Source: Escherichia phage nomo. Taken from it: a DNA stretch of 64,000 nucleotides. The stretch lies in the sequence record MN850578.1, one strand, 5' to 3'. Below the pieces are notes generated by a model. It did not search any database and was not told the DNA's origin. It saw nothing but the letters and a program-made list of their open reading frames with translations. This document shows positions 1 to 9,492 of this stretch, in pieces (positions within the stretch are counted from its first letter, which is position 1; the number at the start of each line of letters is the position of its first letter). The position numbers and the translations under genes are program-made.

Positions 1-2061
1 GAGAAGCCGAAAGGGTTCAAGAAAATCACCTGGAAGAACGCATTACGCCGAGGCATGCTGCAGCACTTCCTGATGGAGCTGCAGGCCCGTCAGGGTGTGT
101 ATTTCGACATAGATGGGGCTATTGCTTTACGTGACCGTTGCGATGCGTGGATGAAAGAGATCGCTGATCGTGTTGAACCTCAACTTCCTTTAAAAGAGTT
201 GTCAATGTCTCAGCGGCCCAAGTTCCCTGAAAAGCCGTTTAACCAAGATGGGACAATCTCCAATAATGGTTGGAAATGGTTAAAAGATAAGCTTGGCTAT
301 CCTGTAGACATGAGCGCTTTAGAATTCAAAGCCCCGCCTAAGCGAGCATTTACCTCCACAGGAGATGTCAGCAAGATGGGGATAAAATGGTGCGAAGAGA
401 TGGGCTGCAAAGACCCCGACAAGATGGCTGATTTCTTGAGAGGTTATATTAAGGGCACCTCCACACCACAACCTTTACCTAAAGAGCTGATGGATCAGGC
501 AATAAGTGATCTGCAGCAGAAGCGAATGCCTGACTGCAAGATACCTATGAAAATCAGCAATCAGGACGACATTAAGCGATACCTGATCAGTGCTGGTTGG
601 CTTCCGACAATGTGGAGAACTAAGGATGTAACTAAGGACAGCAAGAAGAAAGCTCTACCTGATGCAGATGTTGATGCACGAGTATATGCATACATGGACG
701 AGCTTTTAGAGTCAGAGTATTGTGACCTAATTATCAACTTCTGGAACAAAACTGATGCTAAGTTTCAGACAACAGTGCACAAGTTCCGAAGCTTTCCTAA
801 CTCCGAAAGGATTAAAAAGGAAGTGTTCGGGAAAATACGCAGAAAAGCCAGGGCACTTATTACTTCTCCGCAACTGAAAGATACGTTTGGACACCTATGT
901 CCGAATCTTGAAAAATTGAACGGAGAGATGGCTAAAGATATCGTCTTGTGGTTATCATTGCGAAACCGCAGATCGGTCCTTGATCCAATCAAGGAGGATA
1001 AGGTTGATACTGGTCTTCTTAATCACCCACGTTTGAAGATTGACCATAAGCTTCCTGCTAAAAGCTCTGGATTAACAAACACTTCCCGACAGAAACACAG
1101 TATTTGTGCAAACATGCCTAAACCATCTCCTAAAGTGGTTATGGGTAAAGAGATGCGTAGCTTGTGGGGTGTTCCTCCTGGATACTTTGAGATCGGTATT
1201 GACGGGTCCAACTTAGAGCAGCTTATCGGGGCTTGGGGTGCCTTTGAGTTCGACAACGGCTTGTACTATGATGTTGTAAGTAACGGGGACGCACACCAAA
1301 ACAATGCTGAGGCATATACAAAAGTAGCAGGCAGAGAGGTGTCTCGTAACGACGGTAAACCTATCACGTATGGGGTTATGTACGGGGCACAAAAAGATAA
1401 AGTTGCAGATATGCTGGATATCTCCCCAGAGTTAGGGCAAAGAGTGATCGATGCACTTTGGGATGCCAACCCCGGTCTTAAGGGGCGCAAAGAGGATCTG
1501 GAGAAATTCTGGGAAGCAACAGGTAAGAAGTTTATCTACTCTTTTGATGGTCATGCTATCTGGACCCGATCTAAACACTCTTTACTTAATGCATACCAAC
1601 AAAATGGTGGTGCATCGCTGTGTGACTTAGTTGGGATACTCATGCACCACCAAATGGTGAAGCGTGGGTGGTACGATGAAGGTGTCCGTCGTATTATCTA
1701 TTACCATGACGAATATCAGCTTCAAGTGCCTGACACACCGAAGTATAAGACTGTGTACACCTTCGACACAATTGAAGAACTGGAAGCATTTAAGGCAGAG
1801 CAGGAAGCCAAACTTCATGTGTTCGACGGTCATAAGTACAAAAAGGCACGCAAGGATGAGGACGGAAACGAAGTGGTTGACAGAGACGGAAACACGGTGT
1901 ACGATCCTATCCTGAACGATGACGGAAAGCTTGAACTTATCTGGAGCCCTGTGGGTGAAATGGTGGTGCATTGCTTCTGGCAAGCTTCTAAAATGATGGG
2001 AGTCCCGTTCCAGATCACAGGTGAATACTTGTGTGGTCGTAACTGGGGTGATTGTCACTAA
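1..2061 (+). CDS. DNA polymerase, family A (PolA-like), C-terminal portion; 5' end lies outside the window
   Basis: Reading frame open from position 1; translation has motif B-like RNDGKPITYGVMYGAQ and motif C-like YYHDEYQ typical of family A polymerases. Confidence 0.85.
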   Translation, partial: EKPKGFKKITWKNALRRGMLQHFLMELQARQGVYFDIDGAIALRDRCDAWMKEIADRVEPQLPLKELSMSQRPKFPEKPFNQDGTISNNGWKWLKDKLGYPVDMSALEFKAPPKRAFTSTGDVSKMGIKWCEEMGCKDPDKMADFLRGYIKGTSTPQPLPKELMDQAISDLQQKRMPDCKIPMKISNQDDIKRYLISAGWLPTMWRTKDVTKDSKKKALPDADVDARVYAYMDELLESEYCDLIINFWNKTDAKFQTTVHKFRSFPNSERIKKEVFGKIRRKARALITSPQLKDTFGHLCPNLEKLNGEMAKDIVLWLSLRNRRSVLDPIKEDKVDTGLLNHPRLKIDHKLPAKSSGLTNTSRQKHSICANMPKPSPKVVMGKEMRSLWGVPPGYFEIGIDGSNLEQLIGAWGAFEFDNGLYYDVVSNGDAHQNNAEAYTKVAGREVSRNDGKPITYGVMYGAQKDKVADMLDISPELGQRVIDALWDANPGLKGRKEDLEKFWEATGKKFIYSFDGHAIWTRSKHSLLNAYQQNGGASLCDLVGILMHHQMVKRGWYDEGVRRIIYYHDEYQLQVPDTPKYKTVYTFDTIEELEAFKAEQEAKLHVFDGHKYKKARKDEDGNEVVDRDGNTVYDPILNDDGKLELIWSPVGEMVVHCFWQASKMMGVPFQITGEYLCGRNWGDCH

Positions 2062-2110
2062 TGTAAACTATCAGCACAGGGAGGTGCTGTTGAGCAAAGA
2101 GGAGACTTTT

Positions 2111-2395
2111 ATGGTAGTAGAGCCAACAAAAACATTTACATCCATGACCATTCCTGTTATTATGCAGGTGGAGTGTGTTCAGGTATCTCAAGTGTGGCCT
2201 GGCACCAAAATCCCAACAGGGCCTGATTTCTTTCAGGTTGGGAAAGTGTACAATGTCTGGAAGGCACCAGATTGTTACCCTTTCATTAAAGATGACCGTG
2301 GGATGCTGTGGTATCTTGGAAATGACTTGACACTGCACCTTGGGAATGCTATTATTGCAGTATTCAGACTTAACAAGAAGGAGACCGATCAATGA
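2111..2395 (+). CDS. hypothetical protein (94 aa)
   Basis: ORF with RBS agaggag 7 nt upstream of ATG; co-oriented tightly packed array. Confidence 0.4.
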   Translation: MVVEPTKTFTSMTIPVIMQVECVQVSQVWPGTKIPTGPDFFQVGKVYNVWKAPDCYPFIKDDRGMLWYLGNDLTLHLGNAIIAVFRLNKKETDQ

Positions 2396-2619
2396 CGACT
2401 TTGGTTAAAGCTACTTTTGTAGAAGAAAAGATGACAGACCTGTCATTCTTTAAAGAAGGAAAGACCTACGAGGTTTATTACGATAAAGCTCGTGCAAACA
2501 AAATGATTAAAGATGAGGAAGGGGTTGCCTGGTATATCTCTCACCTGGCAAACGGTGAGTATCATATCTACGGAACCACTTTGCTTGCCAAGTTTGTAGT
2601 TGTTGAAGAGGACCTATGA
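2392..2619 (+). CDS. hypothetical protein (75 aa)
   Basis: ATGA start/stop overlap with upstream ORF; RBS aaggag. Confidence 0.45.
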   Translation: MTTLVKATFVEEKMTDLSFFKEGKTYEVYYDKARANKMIKDEEGVAWYISHLANGEYHIYGTTLLAKFVVVEEDL

Positions 2620-2810
2620 AAGTAAAGTATCTTGCTGAAGGTATGAATAGGTATTTTACCCTTGGGGAAGAATATTGGCCCTTTACAAACAACGGTGATG
2701 TCTACGTGAAAGATAATTTCGGCACGCCGTGGTTTCTGCACTCTAATGGGCTGGGATACTCCATTTACTGCGGTGCAGTGAACAACACAACTCTTGCAGA
2801 GTTCGTTTAG
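2616..2810 (+). CDS. hypothetical protein (64 aa)
   Basis: ATGA overlap with upstream ORF (translational coupling). Confidence 0.4.
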   Translation: MKVKYLAEGMNRYFTLGEEYWPFTNNGDVYVKDNFGTPWFLHSNGLGYSIYCGAVNNTTLAEFV

Positions 2811-2820
2811 AGGAGGTAGG

Positions 2821-3192
2821 ATGTTAGTAAAAGGTACCCACACAGTCAAACAACGTATTGAAGTTGAGATTGATGATTGTGAGCTGAAGCATATTTTACG
2901 GTCATGCTCCAACGTTTTGCTCCTTAGTATTCTTCAGGAGCGAGCGGAGAACGAGTTCTTAAATGCATTGGCAGGCCGTCCCGGTGACTTCTGTGTGCGT
3001 AAGCGTGGTGACAACAAGTCATGGTTGTGGGAAATCGATGCCGACTGGGATTACCACAAAAATGAGGGTATAGATGAGCCTATTCGTGAACTGACTGACA
3101 AAGAGATTCAGATGTACAATGAAGTTTGTCATTGGGCAACACGCCAACAAATTTACCTAGACCCTGTGTGGCTGATTGAAAATAGCCATTGA
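2821..3192 (+). CDS. hypothetical protein (123 aa)
   Basis: ORF with strong RBS agaggagg directly upstream of ATG at 2821. Confidence 0.45.
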   Translation: MLVKGTHTVKQRIEVEIDDCELKHILRSCSNVLLLSILQERAENEFLNALAGRPGDFCVRKRGDNKSWLWEIDADWDYHKNEGIDEPIRELTDKEIQMYNEVCHWATRQQIYLDPVWLIENSH

Positions 3193-3268
3193 CAAGAAGT
3201 AAGATTAGATATAAGATGCTTCGCACAAACAGAGTGTTGATTTTTAAATAACTAAGGAGACTGCTAAG

Positions 3269-3523
3269 ATGAAAATTACTTTGAAGTCAGAATGCGTTGC
3301 AAATGACCGAGCTTTTAAAGATTGCACAGTCGGTGCAATTTATGAAGCAGAGTTTTGTGAGAACCCTCTGGTAAAAGCCCTCCTGGAAGAAGGGGCCCCT
3401 TTATCACAAGAAGAGATCGATGAGCTGGAAAACTCAGCACAGTGCCTTACCTTTAAAGATGATGAAGGAGACTCTGTATGGTGCACTGTTAATGAAGTAG
3501 TTTTTGTAAAACCTGAACATTAA
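3269..3523 (+). CDS. hypothetical small Cys-containing protein (84 aa), paralog of 3587-3847
   Basis: RBS taaggag; shares F(K/R)DCT...DDxGDxV(W/F)CT pattern with the next ORF. Confidence 0.5.
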   Translation: MKITLKSECVANDRAFKDCTVGAIYEAEFCENPLVKALLEEGAPLSQEEIDELENSAQCLTFKDDEGDSVWCTVNEVVFVKPEH

Positions 3524-3526
3524 TAC

Positions 3527-3555
3527 TTGACAACAGTGATGGGGCCTAATATAAT
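3527..3555 (+). promoter_or_regulatory. sigma70-type promoter (TTGACA-17-TATAAT)
   Basis: Perfect -35 ttgaca 3527-3532, 17-nt spacer, perfect -10 tataat 3550-3555, upstream of ORF 3587. Confidence 0.6.
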
Positions 3556-3586
3556 GGCCCTATCAAAACGAAAGGGGACCACAGCA

Positions 3587-3847
3587 ATGACCAAACAATA
3601 CCAACGAATTAAAGCCAAGGTTAAGCCAGACTATCTGGAGAAAGACTCTGCTTTTCGGGACTGCACAGCCGACAAAGTTTACACAGGGGCTGTCCTGTTG
3701 AACGATAAACTTGAAGTAGATGTGCTGGGTAAAGAGGCCGTTATCGAGGATGACAACGGTGACTGTGTTTTCTGCACCACACGGGAGCTAGAAGTCTTAG
3801 AATACTTCGGTGAAATCTTCAACTCTTTAGACGACGAGGAAGCGTGA
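3587..3847 (+). CDS. hypothetical small Cys-containing protein (86 aa), paralog of 3269-3523
   Basis: ATG downstream of consensus promoter; RBS aaagggga; sequence similarity to preceding ORF. Confidence 0.5.
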   Translation: MTKQYQRIKAKVKPDYLEKDSAFRDCTADKVYTGAVLLNDKLEVDVLGKEAVIEDDNGDCVFCTTRELEVLEYFGEIFNSLDDEEA

Positions 3848-4236
3848 TGAAAAATATTTGGGATATTGATATCTTTGAAGCCTCTAAGCTTGACGGTGCT
3901 GATGGAGTTATTATGGTGTCTGATGGCAAGGCAACACTAACTTCCGGAGATATCATCTATGCCTTGGACGAGCTGGCGCTTCTGAAATCTACCGGTAACA
4001 CTTTAGAGGAGCGTCTTCAAGGCTTCGCCTTCAAAGAAGGCACAAATACCGCCATGATGTGCACCACACGGACAGTTCAGGTTGGTAACGGTGTCTATAT
4101 GATCATTGCGGTGTGTCCTAAATTCAGCAACGTCAATAAAGATGATGCTGACGCTGTCAACGATGTGGTTGTTCTCTTCGTAGGTGACGCTATGGCAGAC
4201 CTGATGAATGCAGGAGAAGCGGCAAATGAAGACTGA
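3844..4236 (+). CDS. hypothetical protein (130 aa)
   Basis: ORF overlapping stop of upstream gene (GTGATGA). Confidence 0.45.
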   Translation: MMKNIWDIDIFEASKLDGADGVIMVSDGKATLTSGDIIYALDELALLKSTGNTLEERLQGFAFKEGTNTAMMCTTRTVQVGNGVYMIIAVCPKFSNVNKDDADAVNDVVVLFVGDAMADLMNAGEAANED

Positions 4237-4528
4237 AAACATTACCCCAGCAGGGTTCTTAAAAGTATACCGTGAACTGCTATATACTACAGAGGACAGT
4301 GTTCTAGAGTATCCAGAATATCTTTTGCTGTATAAGTATCTGCAGGAGGCTGGTGAAAATCTGCCAGTTAGTGCAGAAGGTGGTCCGAACTGGATATACA
4401 GCGCATGGAGAAAGGTTGACATTCTCCCAGATCCAGGTAAAGATATGGTAGTTTGGCAGCTTATCAACAACATTGGGATTCCAATCTTTGATGAAGCTGT
4501 TAAAATCTATTTTGAACTTGACGATTAA
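4226..4528 (+). CDS. hypothetical protein (100 aa)
   Basis: ORF with RBS aggag upstream of ATG 4226. Confidence 0.4.
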   Translation: MKTENITPAGFLKVYRELLYTTEDSVLEYPEYLLLYKYLQEAGENLPVSAEGGPNWIYSAWRKVDILPDPGKDMVVWQLINNIGIPIFDEAVKIYFELDD

Positions 4529-4545
4529 TATCAGGAGACCTTAAG

Positions 4546-4791
4546 ATGACTGAAGTAGTTGCTCGCGCAGGACAGAAAGTACGTTGTGTTGAAGTAGGTT
4601 TTGGTGGCAAAGGGTGTCAAAACTTGACTCAAGGTAAGGAATATGCTGTTATTTCTGGTGGTGGCGACGAAAGTATTGTGTTCGAGGGCCACATCCTGGA
4701 TGCTGAAAACTTTGAAATCTTTGACGACGATGGGGATCCAATCACCTGCCTGCTGGACGGGAATTGGGGAACTTTCGAAGTGATTGGCTAA
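4546..4791 (+). CDS. hypothetical protein (81 aa)
   Basis: ORF with RBS caggag upstream. Confidence 0.45.
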   Translation: MTEVVARAGQKVRCVEVGFGGKGCQNLTQGKEYAVISGGGDESIVFEGHILDAENFEIFDDDGDPITCLLDGNWGTFEVIG

Positions 4792-4874
4792 CAAATACCT
4801 ATTGTAATTTGCAGAAGGGGATGCTAAAATAGTGTCTCCTTCTATGTTGTTCAAATAAAATCGGAGATTCCATA

Positions 4875-5240
4875 ATGGAACAAATGAACGATCAAGCGTC
4901 GGTTGCGATGAACGAGCAAGAACAACCTCAAGAATTTTTCTTAGGGTTAAGTAAAGATCAAGTGTCTCTTCTGCTAGTGCTTTCTTCTTTCATGGGAAGA
5001 CTTCAGGAGCTCACACAACAACCAGAGGCTGAACAATTATTTCAAGCTCTGCGTGAAGAAGAAAAATATCGTCGTTTGGACTATGCCTTAGGTTGGGTAG
5101 CTCAACAACGAGATATGCTGATGGCCCTCTCTGGGACCACAAGTTTTGCAATGGGGCTGTTGGCTCAAGTTCAGGACAAATTAATTCAAGCAGGGTTTGC
5201 ACACACGGCAAACACTAACGAAGAACAAGGAGACAAATAA
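4875..5240 (+). CDS. hypothetical protein (121 aa)
   Basis: ORF with RBS ggag upstream; stop overlaps start of next gene (TAATG). Confidence 0.45.
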   Translation: MEQMNDQASVAMNEQEQPQEFFLGLSKDQVSLLLVLSSFMGRLQELTQQPEAEQLFQALREEEKYRRLDYALGWVAQQRDMLMALSGTTSFAMGLLAQVQDKLIQAGFAHTANTNEEQGDK

Positions 5241-6466
5241 TGAGCGTTATTCAACAATTCGCTAACCCGATGAATCCGCGTGAAACTGTTTTACTGGCTC
5301 ACGGCATGATTAAACGTGTCAGCATCAAGCCTATCAAAGGTGCTGATCCTACAACAGGTATTAAAACCACTGTGTGGCAAGGTAAGAAAATTGAATCCAG
5401 CCACACCATCTCTTTACTGATTTCTGAACTGGATTCCTCTGATAACCTGCTTCAAGGTGGTGAAGAAGTTTGGATCAGCATGGGTGATAAGCTGCTTAAA
5501 CCTGGTCATCAAGACTCTGTCTCTGTTAAAATTGATGACAAGTGGGAAACCGTAACGCCGGGATGGATCGTAAATATTCCTTTGAAGGCAAACGAGCATA
5601 ACGGTAAGACCTATTACAAAGGCTCACTGGCTAAGATGGTCAAGCTGGGTGCAGGAGAGGCTCCAGCAGCGACTCAGCAGCAAAAACAGCAACAAGGTGC
5701 ACAATCACAAGGCCAGAAGCAGAAACCTCAGCAGAATGCCAATCAGGACGTTTTACGCATCTATGGCGATGTGACTCAGATTGTTGGCAACGTGGTTACT
5801 GTTAATGACCACAAGATTGGCGAAGGTGCTATGGTTGTAACTGATGAGCAGCTTAAAGACCTGGTGGTAGGTGGTCGTGTTGCAGCCATTGTTGACAAAG
5901 ACACCGGAAACATTATCAGTGGTTTCAAAGCCTATCCCCCTAAGGCAGAGAACGGCACTCAAGGCTCCGGTGGCAAGCGTAAATCCTCTTACGACCCTAT
6001 CGGTGTGGAAACGGGGCATAGCATCAATGCGTTGCAGATCATCCTGGATCGCGGGTTTAAGGTAGACGACCCACTGGGCGTGGCTAAAACACTGCACGTA
6101 GTCACCATTGAGCTTAAGAAAGAGTATGCTCAAGCCACCAACCGAACTGAAGATGAAGTAGGTGCCAGTGTCGGTAATGCGGTGTTGAACGCTTGTCGCC
6201 GTATTGACAAGAAAACGAAAGTTGATGATTTTGCAGCGGCAATTACTGCAGAAGCAAAAGATGTCTTGACTAATCTGGCTGAACCGTTGTACGATTGGAT
6301 CAAGAACGGTGCTGGGTCAACTGACTATCAAGAACCCCAGGCTGCCAAACAGGAAGCAGCTCCACAGCAAAACACTGTAGACGCTCCTCCTGTAAATGAT
6401 GAGGAAGATGACCCAATGGATCAGAATCCAGCACAGTATACCTTTGATGATGACATCCCTTTTTAA
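5240..6466 (+). CDS. putative single-stranded DNA-binding protein with Gln-rich linker and acidic C-terminal tip DDDIPF
   Basis: Translation ends ...YTFDDDIPF, identical to the conserved C-terminal tip of bacterial SSB; central QQQKQQQGAQSQGQKQKPQQ low-complexity linker. Confidence 0.55.
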   Translation: MSVIQQFANPMNPRETVLLAHGMIKRVSIKPIKGADPTTGIKTTVWQGKKIESSHTISLLISELDSSDNLLQGGEEVWISMGDKLLKPGHQDSVSVKIDDKWETVTPGWIVNIPLKANEHNGKTYYKGSLAKMVKLGAGEAPAATQQQKQQQGAQSQGQKQKPQQNANQDVLRIYGDVTQIVGNVVTVNDHKIGEGAMVVTDEQLKDLVVGGRVAAIVDKDTGNIISGFKAYPPKAENGTQGSGGKRKSSYDPIGVETGHSINALQIILDRGFKVDDPLGVAKTLHVVTIELKKEYAQATNRTEDEVGASVGNAVLNACRRIDKKTKVDDFAAAITAEAKDVLTNLAEPLYDWIKNGAGSTDYQEPQAAKQEAAPQQNTVDAPPVNDEEDDPMDQNPAQYTFDDDIPF

Positions 6467-6481
6467 CATCTAGTTAACATA

Positions 6482-6509
6482 GCCCTGCCCGAAAGGGTGG
6501 GGCATTTTT
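6482..6509 (+). terminator. rho-independent terminator candidate
   Basis: GC stem with GAAA loop (gccctgcccgaaagggtggggc) followed by atttttg, just after SSB-like gene stop. Confidence 0.5.
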
Positions 6510-6528
6510 GTATAAGGAGATCTGAAAA

Positions 6529-6945
6529 ATGACATTAGAAGATATCATTGTTAAGCCTGAGAACTATGACCAATACAACCTGTCAACTCAATCTGTAGAC
6601 CTTGGATGCGCCACGGTCAGTGCGTGGCTGGTTAACGGAAAAGAGCTGGATAAATGCTTAGAAGCTCACATGTCTATTAACAAGTTTCTGGATGAAAATA
6701 CTCACTGGCTTGAGGGTGCAGGCGTATATGCTTCATGGTTGGATAGTATGGGATTCGACTACCAATCTGAAGAGGGGTGGTGGAGCTATTTAGCTATCTG
6801 TCCAGAGACGCTACAATGCTTCATGAAATATTCTGAAGATTTGGAGTACCGGGCGGTGGTTGATAGTGCTATTGCCCGTTATAGCCGTAAACCTTTTTCC
6901 CACGACATTAAAACTGTGGAAGAATTTGTTGAAGTTTTCTGTTGA
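6529..6945 (+). CDS. hypothetical protein (138 aa)
   Basis: ORF with RBS taaggag upstream. Confidence 0.5.
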   Translation: MTLEDIIVKPENYDQYNLSTQSVDLGCATVSAWLVNGKELDKCLEAHMSINKFLDENTHWLEGAGVYASWLDSMGFDYQSEEGWWSYLAICPETLQCFMKYSEDLEYRAVVDSAIARYSRKPFSHDIKTVEEFVEVFC

Positions 6946-7041
6946 CACAGATTGAAAGGTGTGCAATTATAACTTCATAGAACGGGAGGACGTGATGAAC
7001 GAAGAAAACTGGGATGTATAACTAACAGGAGGCCACTGCCC

Positions 7042-7239
7042 ATGATTTATCGAATCCGTGTAAGAGAAGATGCACCAGGCTGTTACTTTGACTGGCGTGG
7101 GTGGTGGTTTATCCACCCAATGGATGGACTCACAGATAGAATGCTGGATGCTGCCCTTTACACAGATACCGACATAGAATATAATCTCTATCTGAAGGAC
7201 GGTATAGATAACGGCCTGTTTGAAGCAATTCCTGTGTAA
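7042..7239 (+). CDS. hypothetical protein (65 aa)
   Basis: ORF with RBS caggagg upstream. Confidence 0.4.
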   Translation: MIYRIRVREDAPGCYFDWRGWWFIHPMDGLTDRMLDAALYTDTDIEYNLYLKDGIDNGLFEAIPV

Positions 7240-7307
7240 GAGACTGTGATAGCTATGTTTTATGATCTTCCTGTAGCGCCACCACCTGTTGAACCAGGAG
7301 AACTAAG

Positions 7308-7733
7308 ATGATCTATGAAATGCCAAAACTGATTCGTGACGATGCCCAAAACGCTCACACCATTATTATGGGCAAACGCATGGATATTATTTGTCATAAA
7401 GATTTCTGGGAAGGAAGTTACTTCACAGAGTATTTTGGTAAACTGGACAATGGTCTGCTGATCCAGTTCTACACCGATGCGGAAAACAACATTCCCTGGG
7501 AGTTCGAAACTGAAGATGTCCATAAACTTTTCACCTTCCTCGGTATTAAGGTTAAGGCCAAGTTTGAAGAAGGTGAGTGCGACGATTGTGGATTTTATGA
7601 GGTAACAGATTTCTACCTTCCTAGCGGTAAGAACCTTTACTATGAAAGCCACTTCGGTAACTCCAATATGCCACAGTGCTGGACTGAGTTTTTTGAAATT
7701 GCGGAAGAGGAGCTGGCTTACCGTGATTATTGA
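7308..7733 (+). CDS. hypothetical protein (141 aa)
   Basis: ORF with RBS caggag upstream. Confidence 0.5.
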   Translation: MIYEMPKLIRDDAQNAHTIIMGKRMDIICHKDFWEGSYFTEYFGKLDNGLLIQFYTDAENNIPWEFETEDVHKLFTFLGIKVKAKFEEGECDDCGFYEVTDFYLPSGKNLYYESHFGNSNMPQCWTEFFEIAEEELAYRDY

Positions 7734-8181
7734 TACTGTAGAGGGGGATTTAATCTCCCTTTTTAAGAGCGGTGCTGGTCACCTGATCCACGGTTGTAAC
7801 TGCTTCCACACAATGGGCAAGGGTATAGCAAAACAGATTGCCCGTGAGTTTCCTCAAGCACTGTCAGCCGACAAAGAGACTAGATACGGTTGCCTAAGTA
7901 AACTGGGTGCGTTCTCCCGATGGGAGCACTTATCTCCGATAGGTATTGTCTACGGAATCAATCTATATACCCAGTTCTACCCAGGACCTAATGCTGAGTA
8001 TTTCTCAATCCTGAAAGGCTTTGAGCTAGTCAATGAAGTATTCAGCGGATCGACTTTACCATTCTACATCCCTAAGATCGGGTGCGGCATAGGCGGTTTG
8101 AAGTGGGAACACGTAGAGGACGTTATTAACCTTGCCACTTTCGACATAGATATTGTCGTGGTGGAGTACAAAAAGTGTTGA
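7723..8181 (+). CDS. macro-domain protein (ADP-ribose binding / processing); start codon uncertain (GTG 7723, or ATG 7642 with 92-nt overlap)
   Basis: Translation contains GHLIHGCNCFHTMGKGIAKQI, matching the conserved macro-domain core; RBS gaagaggag precedes GTG. Confidence 0.6.
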   Translation: MIIDTVEGDLISLFKSGAGHLIHGCNCFHTMGKGIAKQIAREFPQALSADKETRYGCLSKLGAFSRWEHLSPIGIVYGINLYTQFYPGPNAEYFSILKGFELVNEVFSGSTLPFYIPKIGCGIGGLKWEHVEDVINLATFDIDIVVVEYKKC

Positions 8182-8432
8182 CGACCATCTTCTGAGGTGA
8201 TATAGTTTCCACGACAACTAAGAGAGGAGAGCACTGTGGAGACTAAAATCTTAATTCTTGCTGTGGTAGATACAACCGAAGGAGCTATATTCGAATCTGC
8301 AGGAGGGTATTTCTACCTACCATACGGAAAAAGAACTTCCGAGCCAAGTAAAGATTCAATCATCAAAGTGTTCCCGTGTGCTTTCTGGCTGGAGATTTTG
8401 GTATAAGATTGCAGAGGATTTGGGAGAGAATT

Positions 8433-8627
8433 ATGAGAAACAAGAAAGAACTTTACTCCGGTGAGTGGATCAACGATCAACAGGTGGGAGAGGTAACCTG
8501 CTTCCGATGTTTTACCAGGTACAATCTTAAAACTGCACCAAAAAGTGTTCCAAAGACTGACGGTTACTACATAAAAGAACCTCATTGCCCAAAATGTAAA
8601 TGCCGATTGTACTGGAGCAATCTGTAA
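8433..8627 (+). CDS. small zinc-ribbon protein (64 aa)
   Basis: ORF with CxxC...CxxC pattern (CFRC ... CPKCKC). Confidence 0.4.
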   Translation: MRNKKELYSGEWINDQQVGEVTCFRCFTRYNLKTAPKSVPKTDGYYIKEPHCPKCKCRLYWSNL

Positions 8628-8631
8628 GAGG

Positions 8632-8659
8632 TTGACATCTGAAAACTGCAGTGTATAAT
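8632..8659 (+). promoter_or_regulatory. sigma70-type promoter (TTGACA-16-TATAAT)
   Basis: ttgaca 8632-8637 and tataat 8654-8659, upstream of ORF 8691. Confidence 0.6.
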
Positions 8660-8690
8660 ATACGCATAAACTAACAGAGGGTGATGTATT

Positions 8691-8882
8691 ATGGTAATTT
8701 TTAACCGGGATGGTATCATAGTTAGACAGCACCCGTTCCTTGAATACTATCAAATTGAGCAATGGTGCTACGGGGATTGCAGTCACTCCTATGGGCAAAG
8801 TTGGGGATATCGTACAGTTTTTGAATCCACAGACCTTGACAAAGTAAAACAGAAAGTTTTAGAACTTCTTAACAACAAGTGA
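8691..8882 (+). CDS. hypothetical protein (63 aa)
   Basis: ORF downstream of consensus promoter; RBS agagggtg. Confidence 0.45.
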   Translation: MVIFNRDGIIVRQHPFLEYYQIEQWCYGDCSHSYGQSWGYRTVFESTDLDKVKQKVLELLNNK

Positions 8883-8892
8883 GTATCGTGCC

Positions 8893-9225
8893 ATGGTAAC
8901 ATTGGAAAGACGTAAAGCTATTGCCGCCACACTGGCAGACATCTTTTGGGATTGTAATTTAAAATCTACCCGAAATTGTGGTGCATCTGTAGATGTATTA
9001 TTCCCACGGCCTACTATTGTTGCAATGGGCAACCTGCTCGATGTGGTATATGGAGCATGGGACAAGGAAGGTGGATTCTATATCTGGCAACCTGACTACG
9101 GGACTTGGAAAGAGGTTAGTGGTTCTTCGGACTTCACTCCTGCAGTGGCTAAAATGGATGGCTGGAAAATCTATGTCGGTAACGACATGGAACTGAAAGG
9201 CGAAATTGTTTACTGGTTACCTTAA
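8893..9225 (+). CDS. hypothetical protein (110 aa)
   Basis: ORF in co-oriented array. Confidence 0.45.
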   Translation: MVTLERRKAIAATLADIFWDCNLKSTRNCGASVDVLFPRPTIVAMGNLLDVVYGAWDKEGGFYIWQPDYGTWKEVSGSSDFTPAVAKMDGWKIYVGNDMELKGEIVYWLP

Positions 9226-9246
9226 GAAAGTCCAGGAGATAAAGTT

Positions 9247-9492
9247 ATGAACAAAGGGTGGACATTTGTAGACGGCGTTAAAAACATGCCTCTAGGAAAG
9301 TATATTGTAGCCATGGCAGATGAGAATGGCAAGGTTGATTTCGGAGTTTGCGAGGTTGTTCTTGCAGGATCTGGTGACTATGCTCACAAAACTGGGATAA
9401 TTAACGGTCATTTCTACTTTGATTACAACCCTGTTGTGGCGTATATGGCTATGCCAGAGTTCGAGCTCCCAAAGGAAGGTGCAGATGTTTAA
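9247..9492 (+). CDS. hypothetical protein (81 aa)
   Basis: ORF with RBS caggag upstream. Confidence 0.45.
   Translation: MNKGWTFVDGVKNMPLGKYIVAMADENGKVDFGVCEVVLAGSGDYAHKTGIINGHFYFDYNPVVAYMAMPEFELPKEGADV

Noticed and set aside
561-2058. Opposite-strand ORFs nested inside the DNA polymerase gene (and similar antisense ORFs within nrdA, nrdD and other long genes)
   Set aside because: They are fully contained within long conserved genes on the other strand and lack ribosome-binding sites; they are typical shadow ORFs.
8270-8300. Possible tRNA T-arm (ttcgaatc)
   Set aside because: The surrounding sequence cannot be folded into an acceptor stem / D-arm / anticodon-arm cloverleaf; it lies within a plausible small ORF.
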